DNA of 64,000 bases from Felis catus (lineage: Eukaryota). Below the pieces are notes generated by a model. That model worked only from the letters and a program-made list of their open reading frames with translations, searched no databases and was not told where the DNA came from. The position numbers and the translations under genes are program-made. The stretch covers positions 152,336,001 through 152,400,000 of the forward strand of contig NC_058368.1 in NCBI RefSeq assembly GCF_018350175.1, in the 5' to 3' direction. Positions 37,764 through 49,681 of the stretch are shown here, piece after piece (position 1 is the first letter of the stretch; the number at the start of each line of letters is the position of its first letter).

Positions 37764-38369
37764 TATAGCCATTCTTAACGCATACAGTTATTGACTGCCA
37801 CCCATGTGTCTCACAGCTTAGGTGAATTTCTCAGCAGTTTGTCCCTTTTCCCACCCAACTGAAAGACAGGATCTCTTTGGTCATTAGTGCAGCCCAATCT
37901 TCTCATTCAGAGTATCAACCAATTCTTCTATTGAATATCAAAACAGCCTTCTTTGAACAACTCAACCATGAATCCGCATCAGGACTATACTTTGTCCACA
38001 CAAGTTCCCTGAATTAACCTTTCTTGCTTTTCCTCGAATTATTTCATTGTCCATCTGTACTCACTACTTCATCTATAGATTATCTCCACAAAATTTCAAG
38101 ACACATATTCCTTGTATATTGAATTTTCCAGCACTCTTACACTTTGTATACTACCATCTACACTGCCATGTGAGTCTTCAAATCTTCCCTCCTGGTCACT
38201 AGATCTTAATTCAATAAATCTCTAAATCAGGTACCCATTTCCTGATTCTTTGCCTTTTCCTACACAAATCCCTGTAAACATGAGTCCATATAGAATTCCG
38301 TTGAATGTTTTTGTCATGCAAGAAAAAAGGTGGGATGTTTTGTATAGCCATTAGTTTTTGTGTAATTTA

Positions 38370-38533
38370 CGCAAATCACTTAACCTCTTTGGCCTTAATA
38401 TCCTGGCAGGTAAATTGAGGTTAATAGAAAAACTTAATTTCACAGAGTTGTGAGGATTAAATGAACTAATACAGGCTAAGCAATGAAAATCATGTTTACA
38501 CATAGTAAGCACTATATAATATATTGTTATTAT
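38370..38533 (+). mobile_element. MIR
   Basis: aaatcacttaacctct...cacagagttgtgaggattaaatga...catagtaagcact. Confidence 0.85.
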
Positions 38534-38962
38534 GCATAAATGTGTAAGTTATATTTTACAGTCCAACTTGGTTTTTAAAGGTTTTTAACTATACTTAGTA
38601 AAACAAACTAATTCTCACTTAATTAGAAAATGTGCTGATTATATAAACATAAGCACACACTATAAAATTCTAGCATCCCCCAAAATCTGACTTGTTTCCA
38701 AATGGAATTAACTTCAACACCAGCAGCATGGCTGAGGCAGTCAGCAACAGTCACTAAGTAGGCACTGTGCTGGCCCTCAGCATTCACTAGTGTTTTGGTC
38801 CAACTGAAGCTCGGTAAGACCTCCAATTTGACAGCATCATAAGTTCACACCAGGTTATAAGATGTGAAAAGTCATCCACTGGGTTTTGTGGAAGCGTCAG
38901 TCTCTTGGGAAAAATGGCTCACCATGTAAGCAGTTGTTCTATGCATGCCAAAAAACAAAAAA

Positions 38963-39181
38963 GCCTGGATGGCTCAGTCGGTTAAGTGTCTGACTTCAGC
39001 TTGGGTCATGATCTCACAGTTTGTGGGTTTGAGCCCTGCATTGTGCTCTGTACTGACAGCTCAGAGCCTGGAGCCTGCTTCAGATTCTATGTCTCCTTCT
39101 CTCTCTGCGCCCACCCCCCTACTTGTGTTATGTCTCTCTCTGTCTTTCAAAAATAAATAAATGTAAAAAAAAATTTTTTTT
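38963..39181 (+). mobile_element. CanSINE
   Basis: Slightly 5'-clipped; TSD-like aaacaaaaaagcc/aaacaaaaaggcc. Confidence 0.95.
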
Positions 39182-39214
39182 AAACAAAAAGGCCCAGAGA
39201 AGGTAAGAAATCAT

Positions 39215-39436
39215 GGGGCGCCTGGGTGGCGCAGTCGGTTAAGCGTCCGACTTCAGCCAGGTCACGATCTCGAGGTCCGGGAGTTCGAGCCCCGAGTCAG
39301 GCTCTGGGCTGATGGCTCAGAGCCTGGAGCCTGTTTCCGATTCTGTGTCTCCCTCTCTCTCTGCCCCTCCCCCGTTCATGCTATGTCTCTCTCTGTCCCA
39401 AAAATAAATAAACGTTGGAAAAAAAAATTTAAAAAA
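39215..39436 (+). mobile_element. Young full-length CanSINE (SINEC_Fc type)
   Basis: CpG-intact; TSD aagaaatca. Confidence 0.98.
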
Positions 39437-40198
39437 AAGAAATCAGCTTAAGGTCTTACCAGTATGAAAATTAATCAGGATAATGTTCAATTCTTCCCCT
39501 TAGCTTTCAAATCTGTGCTTTAATTAGACTGGTGAGGGGGAACCAGACAATAAACTGAAACCAGTCTTGAACCTCATTTCATTAAGCCCCTGGCAACCTT
39601 CCTTATTAATTGCCTACCCAACATCCCTTCCTTGACTGATAAGTTCATCCAGTTGTGCAAAGGTCCAAAATAGAATTCTAATTGTATGGTTGAGGCCCCT
39701 ACATCATGTCTAACACTTCATCCTGAGATTCTCATAAAGAGTCGGGTATGTCCCCAGCAGTTAGTTTCAGCAGTTAAGATTGGTTGTGAGAAGGAAATAC
39801 GAACACTGAAAAAGCAACAGGACTTAAATCACCAGAAGAGAGATGATTTAAAGATGTGCTAGTTCCCACATTCCCACCACAGGCACTGAGATGATCCTGG
39901 CCTTCAGATCAAGGTGGGTATCCAGGAGAGGCAGAGGCGTGGGTTGGAAAACCAGTAGAGCAGCCAAGAAAGAGATATTGGGTACCAGGCAACAGTCATG
40001 GATTTCAATAGCCATTGGGTAGGAGAAAGATGCTTTTCCAAACCTTTGGAAAGAAGAGTTAGAGCTTAGGCGGTAGAACAAAGAAATATACGAATTCAAA
40101 ATGCAATGAATGAAAGATTCTGTCTTCAGACTCTTTCCTTTTCTCTTTCCCCCAGTGTCTCTCATTCCTTAACTGGCCATGGTATAAAATTGTATTTT

Positions 40199-40402
40199 GA
40201 GGCACGTGGGTGGCTCGATTAGTTAAGCATCCAGCTCTTGATTTCAGCTCAGGTCATGATCTCACCAATTGTAAGATCAAGCCCTGTGTCAAGCTCTGCA
40301 CTGACAGCGGAGAGCCTGCTTGGAATTCTCTCTCTCCACCTCTCTCAGCCTCTCCAACACTCATGCCCTCTCTCTCTCTCAAAATAAATAAACATCAAAA
40401 AA
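40199..40402 (+). mobile_element. Older CanSINE
   Basis: TSD ataaaattgtatttt (40184-40198, 40403-40417). Confidence 0.95.
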
Positions 40403-40949
40403 ATAAAATTGTATTTTTGTATGATTTGTGAAATGTATATTTATGCCCCTCACTAGAAAATAGATTATACTGCTTGAGTTTGGAAGTTTAGGGCTTTTCC
40501 TTCTTCTTGTTTTATTTATTTATTTATTTTTTGACTAATGATCAGTTGCCTTCCACAGGAAAAAAAAAAAGTAGCTACACTGAGTAGCTACTTTGCTAAA
40601 GCAGTAAATTGTATCGCATAGTTACCAACTTTTTTAAAAGACATGCAATTTATCTGAAGAATTTCATTGATTGAAGATGTGAATTAACATACAGAAAATT
40701 CATCATTTGGACGGTTCACTCAATTCTAGATAGTTACAAAGTTATAGAAACAAAATAATGATTTCATTGACAAGCAAAAAAATATTATCTCCATTTCTTC
40801 CAATTGGTTATTTTTTTTTTCGGAAGAGATTTCAAAAGCACCTCTAGTGTGCTTTAATTATCCCTTATGCCTCATGCCATTTCTTTAGAGGGTATTTATT
40901 AAACATTTTAAATGACATCACTTCCTATTTATATAAGGTATTTGGTTTA

Positions 40950-41156
40950 TAAGATCTTTTCATATCGTGGCATTTGACAAGCACCACAATTCTATAAGGG
41001 AGACAGAAAAGTCATTTTTTATTTGAATTATATAGATAAGGAAATTCAGACTCAGAATATGTGACATTCCAAGCATTCATTTAGTTGTGATCGGCAGGGT
41101 TAACATGCAAGACAGGATCTTCCAACTCCAAGTTTAGTGTATTCACCCTACACCAT
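40950..41156 (-). mobile_element. MIR relic
   Basis: tatagataaggaaattcagactcaga...gtgacattccaag...caactccaagtttagtg. Confidence 0.6.
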
Positions 41157-41622
41157 AGGACTTCTTTAGTTAGAACCACCAACCAAGGAAGATCACACTT
41201 TGAGCAAATGATTTACAACTATGTAAGAGGTGAGTCCATGAGTAGAAAGTAAAATACTTAGATCTTACCTCAAATAATATGCTTTTGTATCATTTAAATA
41301 TATAGAAATCCAAAATAGGGAAATGACCATCCACTTTTCAAGAGGTATGCTAACAGAATTTAGGCAGTGCTTCTACTCAGATAACACAGAAAATATTAAC
41401 AGCAAAGGAGAGTCAGATAATCCCATCACTTCACATCCCAACATAACCAGACACATCCACAGTAGCCCACTCCAACCATGAGATATCAATTTTTTAAGTG
41501 ATACCCTATGTTAATAGTCTGAGTGTCTTCAACTCTTCCAACTGTATTCAATCTCCCCTGCATTAATTTTTTTTTTTAATTAGCCTTATATCACAATATG
41601 ATGAATACAAAATCCAGTCTTT

Positions 41623-41779
41623 GGGAGCCCAGGTTGCTCAGTTGGTTAAGCATCCAACTCTTGATTTCAGATCAGGTCATGATCTCACAATTCATGAGTT
41701 CGAGCTCTGTGTTGGGCTTTGCACTGACAGTGTGTAGTCTGCTTGGAATTCTCTGTCTCCCTCTCTCTCTGCCCCTCCC

Positions 41780-41835
<56 letters not shown>

Positions 41836-41870
41836 ATAAATAAACATTTATAAAAAAGAAAGAAACAAAG
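41623..41870 (+). mobile_element. Older CanSINE with long (CT)n
   Basis: TSD aaaatccagtct/aaaatctagtct. Confidence 0.95.
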
Positions 41871-43149
41871 AAAATCTAGTCTCAGGCCCACCCACCCCCC
41901 AAATATCCTCAAGGTTCTCTGCTTTGTTATTATTCTTCTGTTCACCTAATCATGAAATACAGCCCATTTTTCCATCAATTCTTCCCTGAGTACCAAATGA
42001 AAGGCACTAGTGAATAAAAAGGCAGAGTGTGAATCATAGATTTTTAACTACAGGGTAAGTAGAATGTGTCTGAAGATAGAAGGTAATATACATGGAAGCA
42101 TCGTGCAAACCAAAAAAAATAAAAATGTATTGTAGACACCCCTACTCCTTAAGTGCTTGTGCCAAACATACCACACCAATATTTTTTCCACAGGCTATAT
42201 TTTCACCCTCTTCTTTTTTGCTTTATAGATACTGGTTTCTCCCCTGTCCCCTGCCCATTACCATCTCCCTCTTGGGAAGCCCTTGAAAAAAACATATTTT
42301 TCAAGCAGAGCCAGTGAGTCCTCACCTTCCAGACCACATCCTGAGACCTATCTTTTCACACTCAAATGGCCCAATTATTTTCTTTGCAAAGAGACAAAAA
42401 AAAAGTCTCTCCCAAAGAGGAAGTATGATTAAAACTTTTAGAATAATTTAAGTTTTCTCTCATCACAGAAGTCTTGATTTTTACCTTAGAAACCCCAGAA
42501 TTTCTAGTAGAAATGTGCTAGTGTACTCTATAAAATAACCATCTTTGATATAAAGTACTGTTTTGGCTTTTCATCAAGTAAAATCAATACTCAGAATACA
42601 TTCACAGGGAACAATTAAGACAAATAGATGGAAGTTAACAGGAAAATAGGATTTTGCTCAAAAAAGTTAAAACATTCCCTAGAGTTATTTGAAGTCTCAT
42701 AAGCTAAAGGTGTTGGAAACTGGAAAGGGTCAGAAAGATACTAGATAATGACCTATGGGATAGGGCACGAAGAGAAACATTCGTTATGTCGAAAGTTGGG
42801 TTCTATGGTCTCTAAGGTCCCTTCCGACCCTCAGAGCCTAGACGCCAAATTTGACTGTCAATCAGAGCACGAGTCTCTGCATACTTGCAGGCCTGCCTAT
42901 GGTTTGTCTTCATTGCTTTGTTCAAATTCTTTTCCATGACCAAATATTTGTACTTAATATTCAAGCAATAATGTCAAAGCATATTACAAATTTCAATAAA
43001 AGAAACATTTAGAGAGCTGCTCACACGATTAATCTCCTTTAGTGGTATATATAACCAAGACTTAGTCATATTGGTTATTATGAATAATATCCATAGATTT
43101 AAAAAATTGTTCTAAAGATAATCTTATCTAATCAGGTATGTTAATAACA

Positions 43150-43960
43150 TTAATCACATATTCAACCAAAATGTCCTAAGTATCTGTTAAGTGATATACA
43201 TCATGTTAGAAACTAGGGATAAAAGATACTACTCCGACTGATACCAATAGCAACAAACAATACTTATCATACACGTAGTGTGCACCAGGTACAGTTATGC
43301 ATTTTACTTTCATTATCTTTTTAAATCAATAATCCATCAAAATAGATTTAGAAACCCAAACTTGCCTGGTCACACATATGATTAGGTCTGTGTAACTCCA
43401 AAAGACCACCTTCCTAGCCACTCTTCAATACACCAGAGCTACACCAAAAAATGAACCAACAGAGACAACACAATGAAATCACATGGTAGAGCCAAGCACA
43501 GAATGCAAGGGAAGCCTTTAATTCCACCTAGGAAGGGGGTGCCTGAGTCAGGTGCAGGGGCTGTTTCAGTGCTTATCAGAGATAGTTTTTGATCTGAGAC
43601 TTATGGAATGATTTGTAACACTGAAAATAAAGGGGGGAGCCAGGAAAAAGAAAGAATATGAAAAGTCACAGCCTTATGAAAGACCAGGTGTATGTCAAAA
43701 TCTACATTTCACTCTAACTTAAATGGGAATGGCAGGGGATGAAAACAGACAAACAGGTAGCTGGGAGACACCAGTTGTTTATTAAAGACTTTGTCGGATT
43801 TGCCAATAAATTTTATTTGAAGATAATAAAAAGTCACTGGAGAATTTTAAGCAAAGGAATGAAGTGATCAAATATGCATTTGAGAAAACTCATTCTAACT
43901 GCTTTACTTGGTCGATGGATATGGAGGAAAGAAGACAGATTCAAGAAATAGGCTTTAGGG
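43150..43960 (-). mobile_element. Degraded L2 fragments with interspersed MIR
   Basis: cattaatcacatattcaacc...aagtatctg; agtcactggagaattttaagcaaaggaatgaagtgatcaaatatgcatttgagaaaactcattct. Confidence 0.55.
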
Positions 43961-45299
43961 ACCAGATGAGGGTGAGAAGGGAAAGGAGAACAAAAGAACT
44001 ATAAAATGTCCATGTTCTGAAATGTTAGTCATTTAGTCAATGTTAGTCATGTTAACGTCCATGTTAGTCAAACAGGTTGATGGTGGTGAATTCGCTGCAA
44101 TAGTGAAGAAAGTGATAGAACAACTATGGGTAAAATAGATGTTCTATTCTGCTTTAGATTGTTGAGACCTAAAGCTGGAGATTTGGATTACTTTAAATTT
44201 AAATGTAAAAGATCGAATCAAGATTCCTTAGCTTTTGACTCAGAGGCCTATCAAACTCAGAAATCAAAAGAGTAGAAAAAAAACAGCCTTTGGAAGTCTA
44301 AATTTTCTCTCCCTTTAGACTTGGAGAACATAGGGAAAGAGAGGGAGAAGGACAGATACTGAGTTTCTCTCTGTTGGCTTATTTCCTATTAGCCAAGGAA
44401 GGAATCTGTTATAGGTGATATCAGTGATCTGCAGCTGTGAACATGGGATGGAACACTAGTGACACTGGACCTAGAATTCCAAGGTGAAAGCAGACCATGA
44501 TGATGTAGGGGTGGCTTGCTTAAAGATTTTACTTATTCAAGTGAACGTAACTGGGATTTGAAAATGGTAACTGGAAGCTTTGGATTCCAAATCTCCTACC
44601 TTGACAAACTTCTTACTACTATGGATAATTTTCCTCTGATGTCTATTTAATCTCCAACTTATAAATGTTTGTGTTAATGCCCTGTCTACCAACATCTTGT
44701 ATGGTTTGAAGAGGTGAATTTGTGGCACACGTATATCTGAGTAATGGAAACAGGGCTACAACTAGTACATAATTAGAAAAAGATCACTCTTTAGGATGTA
44801 CAAATTATACAAGAACAACACTCTGAACAGTGAATTATTAAATGTTCTCCTAGTTGGGATAGACCAACTAGAAAAAAGTGCCTGCTTCCTAGGGAAAGAC
44901 ACAGTCCCATGACAGGATACATTTTCCAGTCCCCAGCCAGATCCTCAGGAAAACATAACCATACATGGGGGCCCTCAGTGCAAACAACACCCTATTTTAT
45001 AATCCTTACAGACAACAAAGCACAATCAATATTCCATAGCCCCAGGGCCATTCCAATGCACAATTCCAGGGGACACCAAACATATGGAAACATTGTGAAG
45101 GTTCCCCTGGAGTTGTGCTATATGACTGCGCTGCACAGTGTTTCTCTTCTAAGGATGGAATTACCATACAATTGTGTGGATGGTTAGTGGGGTAGGAAAT
45201 CTCTGACAAGTGAGATATTCTCGCAAACCCTTCCCTACTACACATTGTTCAACAGGCATCTGATCTATCAATTCTACCTATCAATTCAATATCCATTCA

Positions 45300-45900
45300 A
45301 TATTCATAATCTAACCATCAACTCAAATTACATCTTGAATCAATGTCCCTTTCTCCATCTCCGCCTTCTTATCTGAGACACCATCCTCCCTTAGCTAGAC
45401 CACTGTTCTCATTTTTCTACTATGTTCTCTCCTCCAGCACATTTTACACAAATAGCCACAGTGATTTTCTTTAAATAAAATTCTGATCATGTCAATCCTT
45501 CTTAAGATTTTTCAGTGGTTTTCTATTTCTCTTAAAATAAAATCCTAAATCCCATGTCAGCAAAGTCTTGGTATGGTCTTCTCCTGCACGTGCTGTTTTC
45601 TCTCTCTCCCAACCTTCCACCGGGTCACTTCTCCTCATTCTGCAGGTTCCAACATAATTGCTGCTTCTATAGAGAAGCTTCCTAATCTAAATCGAGTCCC
45701 ATCACGAGGCAATAATCTCTAGTCTTCTCTCGTGCTTTAGTGAATACTAATCACAATTTATGATGAGACAATTATTTGTATCATATATTCAATGCAACTC
45801 CCCAGGGGTAAGGGCTGCCAGGGCAAGAGCAGTGTCTGTTCTGTTGAACACCGGATCCACGCACTGTACCTAGCTCAGTGCCTGCTATATTGGATGGATA
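45300..45900 (+). mobile_element. L2 3' region
   Basis: atagccacagtgattttctttaaa...ctgatcatgtca...tcagtggttttc...cttaaaataaaatcc...gggcaagagcagtgtctgttctgtt. Confidence 0.75.
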
Positions 45901-47327
45901 ACAGGGTAGGTAATGGCTCATTAGCTATTAATCCATCGACCCATTGCTATAAAACATTAATAGTAAGGATATATGCTCAAACATCACTATGTATGGGCAG
46001 CCTTATGCCCAAACAGGTCAATTCCCTGCTACCCAGGTGAAAAAAGAAAAATGCATGTGAAAATAATGGTAGAATTTGTGGCAGTGGCGTTGAAGGTAGC
46101 AGTGACGTTGGCAATGGTGATAAAGAGAAATTCTTGTTTTTCCTACTCACCGTTTTCTGCACAATTTTAGTAACCTGTTTTGATGTCAAACTTTATCACA
46201 GCCAAGTCCTAACTTCTAAGCATATAAACTACAGAGCATAAAATCCTCCTCTTTGAAAACCATAGGCAGTTTTGACAATATATTTGAATTCATTAACCTC
46301 TTAACTCTGGTACAAGTCCATATTCACAAGTATGACAATGATTAAGTTAATGAGTTAATCATTCCCTTCTAGTTACAGTCTTTCTTAATTAGTTGATTTA
46401 AATTGGGGAGTGGGAGGAGGAAGGGAAAGAATCTTCTGTGGAGTCTATTTTCATAGTGCCAGATAAAATTTCTGAAGGCTTTTTTTGAAAGATTTAGAAA
46501 TGTAGACATCTTTCCCATACCGTTTATGATTTTTTAAGCTACCAAGTCCTACTAAGCCGATTATCATATTTTAGCAAAATAAATCACTTGGCAAGCACTT
46601 CCTACATGCCTGCCCTGCAGAGGCCATACCCTAAAGTCAGGCCCTCCAGGAAACACAAAGAGGCCAAGGGATATGACACAGGCTTTGCAAGCTTGTGAAT
46701 CTAAAGTTTGTTAGTCATCTAACCAAAAATTAAGGGCCATGGATCATATTTTCAGGATCAGCTGCCTCCCTTTGCAGGGCCTTAGTTCACACGACCACGG
46801 TGTTCCCAAGTTTTAAAAAAGAGTGTGAAAATGTACTCTAATGTCCTTGCATAAATTGGACCAGGCCCCACAAATGCCCTATCATTATATTATGCAGACA
46901 TTGTTCAAGTAATATTCTTAGCATTTTAATTTCCCTTTCTCGTTTATGATTTTAAAAGCTCTCTCACGTGACCTTAAATAAATGCTAGATGGTAGTCTCA
47001 AATTTCCTCACTTCAATAATTTTTCTCTTATCAGTGCACTTACAAGTTTTTAAGTATCTTTGCCCTTCCCCTCCCCCTCCACATAGTACACATAACTGGA
47101 ATGATGCATACTTGTTTTATACCTTGAGGGTTCAAGAGTCTTTATACTTTTATATTCCAGTGTCTGGAGCAGAAAGAAGCAGAAAAGCCGAGTTATTTAG
47201 TAAAAGAAAGCCAAGCTGAAGAACTTGGAAGGTGATACCAGAGATTCAGTGACGCTCTTGAGAGAAGTGATTTATATGTGACGTCCCTTTCTACTTCCAT
47301 TCTCCTCCACTCCCTACAACATTGCCC

Positions 47328-47703
47328 ACTCTTTGCTTCTAGAGTCTATTTCACGTACCTCATATAAGCAGAAGCATACAGTAGTTGTCTTTCTGTGACT
47401 GGCCTTTTTCAGTTAGCATAATGTCCTCCAATTTCGTCCATGGTGTCACATATACAGGATTTCCTTCTTTTTTTTAAGCTGAATAATAAAAGCAGAGAGT
47501 AGAATGGTGATTACCAGAGACCTCAGGGAGGGAGAAGTGGGGAGTTGTTCAACTGGCATGTAGTTTCGCTCACAAAGATGAATAAGTTCTAGAGATCTGC
47601 TATACAACATAATGCCTGTGGTTAATGATATTGTATAGTACAATTAAGAATGTGTCAAGTAGGCAGATCTCATGTTAAGTGTTCTCACCACAGTAATAAT
47701 AAT
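47328..47703 (+). mobile_element. Short old L1 (L1MA9/10-like) with an inverted 5' segment
   Basis: Minus-oriented ORF2 end at 47328-47488, then plus-oriented 3' UTR from aagcagagagtagaatgg to ttaagtgttctcaccaca. Confidence 0.85.
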
Positions 47704-47742
47704 TTGTTTAATTTTTCACTTTCTCTCCCCTACCCTACTCCA

Positions 47743-47790
47743 TCTCTCTCTAGATAGATAGATAGATAGATACACACACACATATATAAT
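47743..47790. repeat. Compound (CT)(GATA)5(CA)(TA) STR
   Basis: ctctctctagatagatagatagatagatacacacacacatatata. Confidence 0.9.
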
Positions 47791-48977
47791 TGTCTTCTTC
47801 CTACAAATATCTTCAATTCTTAAAATAAAAATCTTACTAGGATGAACTGATATTTTTTTCTTTCCACTACCTTTTAATTAAACTCAAAACATACTTTGAT
47901 TTAAATATTTTTAGGTTTTTTAGGTTTTTGTTCTGTTTTCTTTTGTTTGCTATGCATTAATCTCCAGGAGCCAAAGTACCCAAAATTGGAACTTTGTGAT
48001 ACTATCATTTGGAAGCATAGAAAAGAGAATTTTTTTTCTTTAGAAGGTTTGTTAGATATCATCTAATCGTTTATAAATTTTACAAATTTATCTTACTTTA
48101 GAAATGAGAACATTAAGGCCTACCTGGGAGTAAACTGCCATAATTCTCTTTAGTAAATGTAACCCATTATAATAAAGAAAGAAAGCTTTGAAAGGGCAGG
48201 AATTTATTGAAAACCGAATCCTTTTTCAAAAAGGCCAATGATACCAGAACTTCCACTTGGCTCTACAGAGAGGTCTCATTCTTGTTTGGTTTCTCCTTGG
48301 CTTAAATATCCCCCCTCATGGCAAGGGAAATGAGGTCACAGTGTAGCTCTGAGGTCCCTAATGGGACCAAGAAAAAAAAAAAGAGGAGACGAGGGAAAGA
48401 GAAGCAAGCCAAGCACTGATTTTGCAAAACCATTATGTCATTTAGTTACTGATTTGTATTTTTTCACATATTCTGAAAAACAAAGAATATAAGAATTATA
48501 TGTAAGGAATCAAGAACATGGTTCTGAAAAGTATTCCCTAATACACATCACTTTAATACAAAAGAACTTTATATTGATTATACCTTTTATATTTATTTAC
48601 ATTATGTCATTTTTAATCTTGTGTCCATACCAGATTAAAACCTCTTGAAGGCAAGGACCTTGGCATAGGGCTTATACATACTGCTTAGGAATCATAATGG
48701 ACCAAGCACACATGTGCTTCAACACTAAAATGAAATGGAATCAATCATTACTTAAAATTTTAGTGTCATAAGAAGGAAATGAAATGTTTCCTATTGATTT
48801 AAGACATATTAACATTACCTATATTTCATCAAATAATTAAAAAATATGTTTAAGAAATATTTTTGATAACTTTACACAAGTATTTCTTTTTTACCTGTAA
48901 TTAGAAAAGCTAAAAATAGCAGAGTATGATAATCCCAATCTAACCTCGTGTGTGTGCCTGCGTAGCAGGTAACAAGT

Positions 48978-49020
48978 ATGTGTGTGTGTGTGTGTGAATG
49001 TGTGTGTGTGTAATGTGTGT
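48978..49020. repeat. Interrupted (TG)n microsatellite
   Basis: Direct reading. Confidence 0.9.
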
Positions 49021-49150
49021 ACAAATATATGAGAGAATGGAAGGAAAGAAGCATCTCTGAACCCCTGAGCAGCCACCTGAAGAGGACTACAGCCAGCATG
49101 GCCTCCTGCCCTTACGATTATACACAATCAGTGCCTGCCTTAACACTCAC

Positions 49151-49319
49151 AAGTCAAAAATATATTGATTTGCAGCCTGCCTCAGAATGTGCTATTGGTG
49201 GAGAAAGTGTCTGGCAATGAGAGAACTCAGAGCACAAGACACTGGAGAAGAGGGTCGCTTCACTCAGAAAGAGGTCACAGGGCTTTCCTCTTTGTGATAC
49301 ATCCAAAGGAAAGCAACAG
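49151..49319 (-). other. Candidate 169-nt non-coding exon
   Basis: Acceptor actattctctgttttgcag, upstream CTGAT branch-like motif, donor CTT|GTGAGT; stop codons in all three frames. Confidence 0.35.
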
Positions 49320-49441
49320 CTGCAAAACAGAGAATAGTATAATGCATACAATACGATCAGACAAAGAAAAATAAGTCCCCAACAAATAAGAATATGTAAT
49401 TCACGAACTTGACTTGATATAGCACAGGATAAAGAAATAAT

Positions 49442-49681
49442 GGGGCACCTGGGTGGCTCAGTCGGTTGAGTGTCTGCCTCTTGATTTCAACTCAGGATCG
49501 TGGGATTGAGCCTCCGCATGGGCTCCACACTGAGCATGGAGACTGCTTGGGATTCTCCCTCTCAACCTCTGCCCCTTCCCCCACCCCACCCTCATACCCC
49601 CACTCCCATTCACGAGTGCTCGCTCTTTCTCTCTCTGTCTCTCAAAAAAAAAAAGAAAGAAAAAAAAGAAAAAAGAAAAGA
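49442..49681 (+). mobile_element. Older CanSINE
   Basis: TSD aaagaaataat; GAAAA-type tail. Confidence 0.95.

Noticed and set aside
40568..40594. Hairpin aaagtagctac-actga-gtagctacttt
   Set aside because: An 11-bp stem is too short for a pre-miRNA and is explained by a small duplication of a palindromic 8-mer
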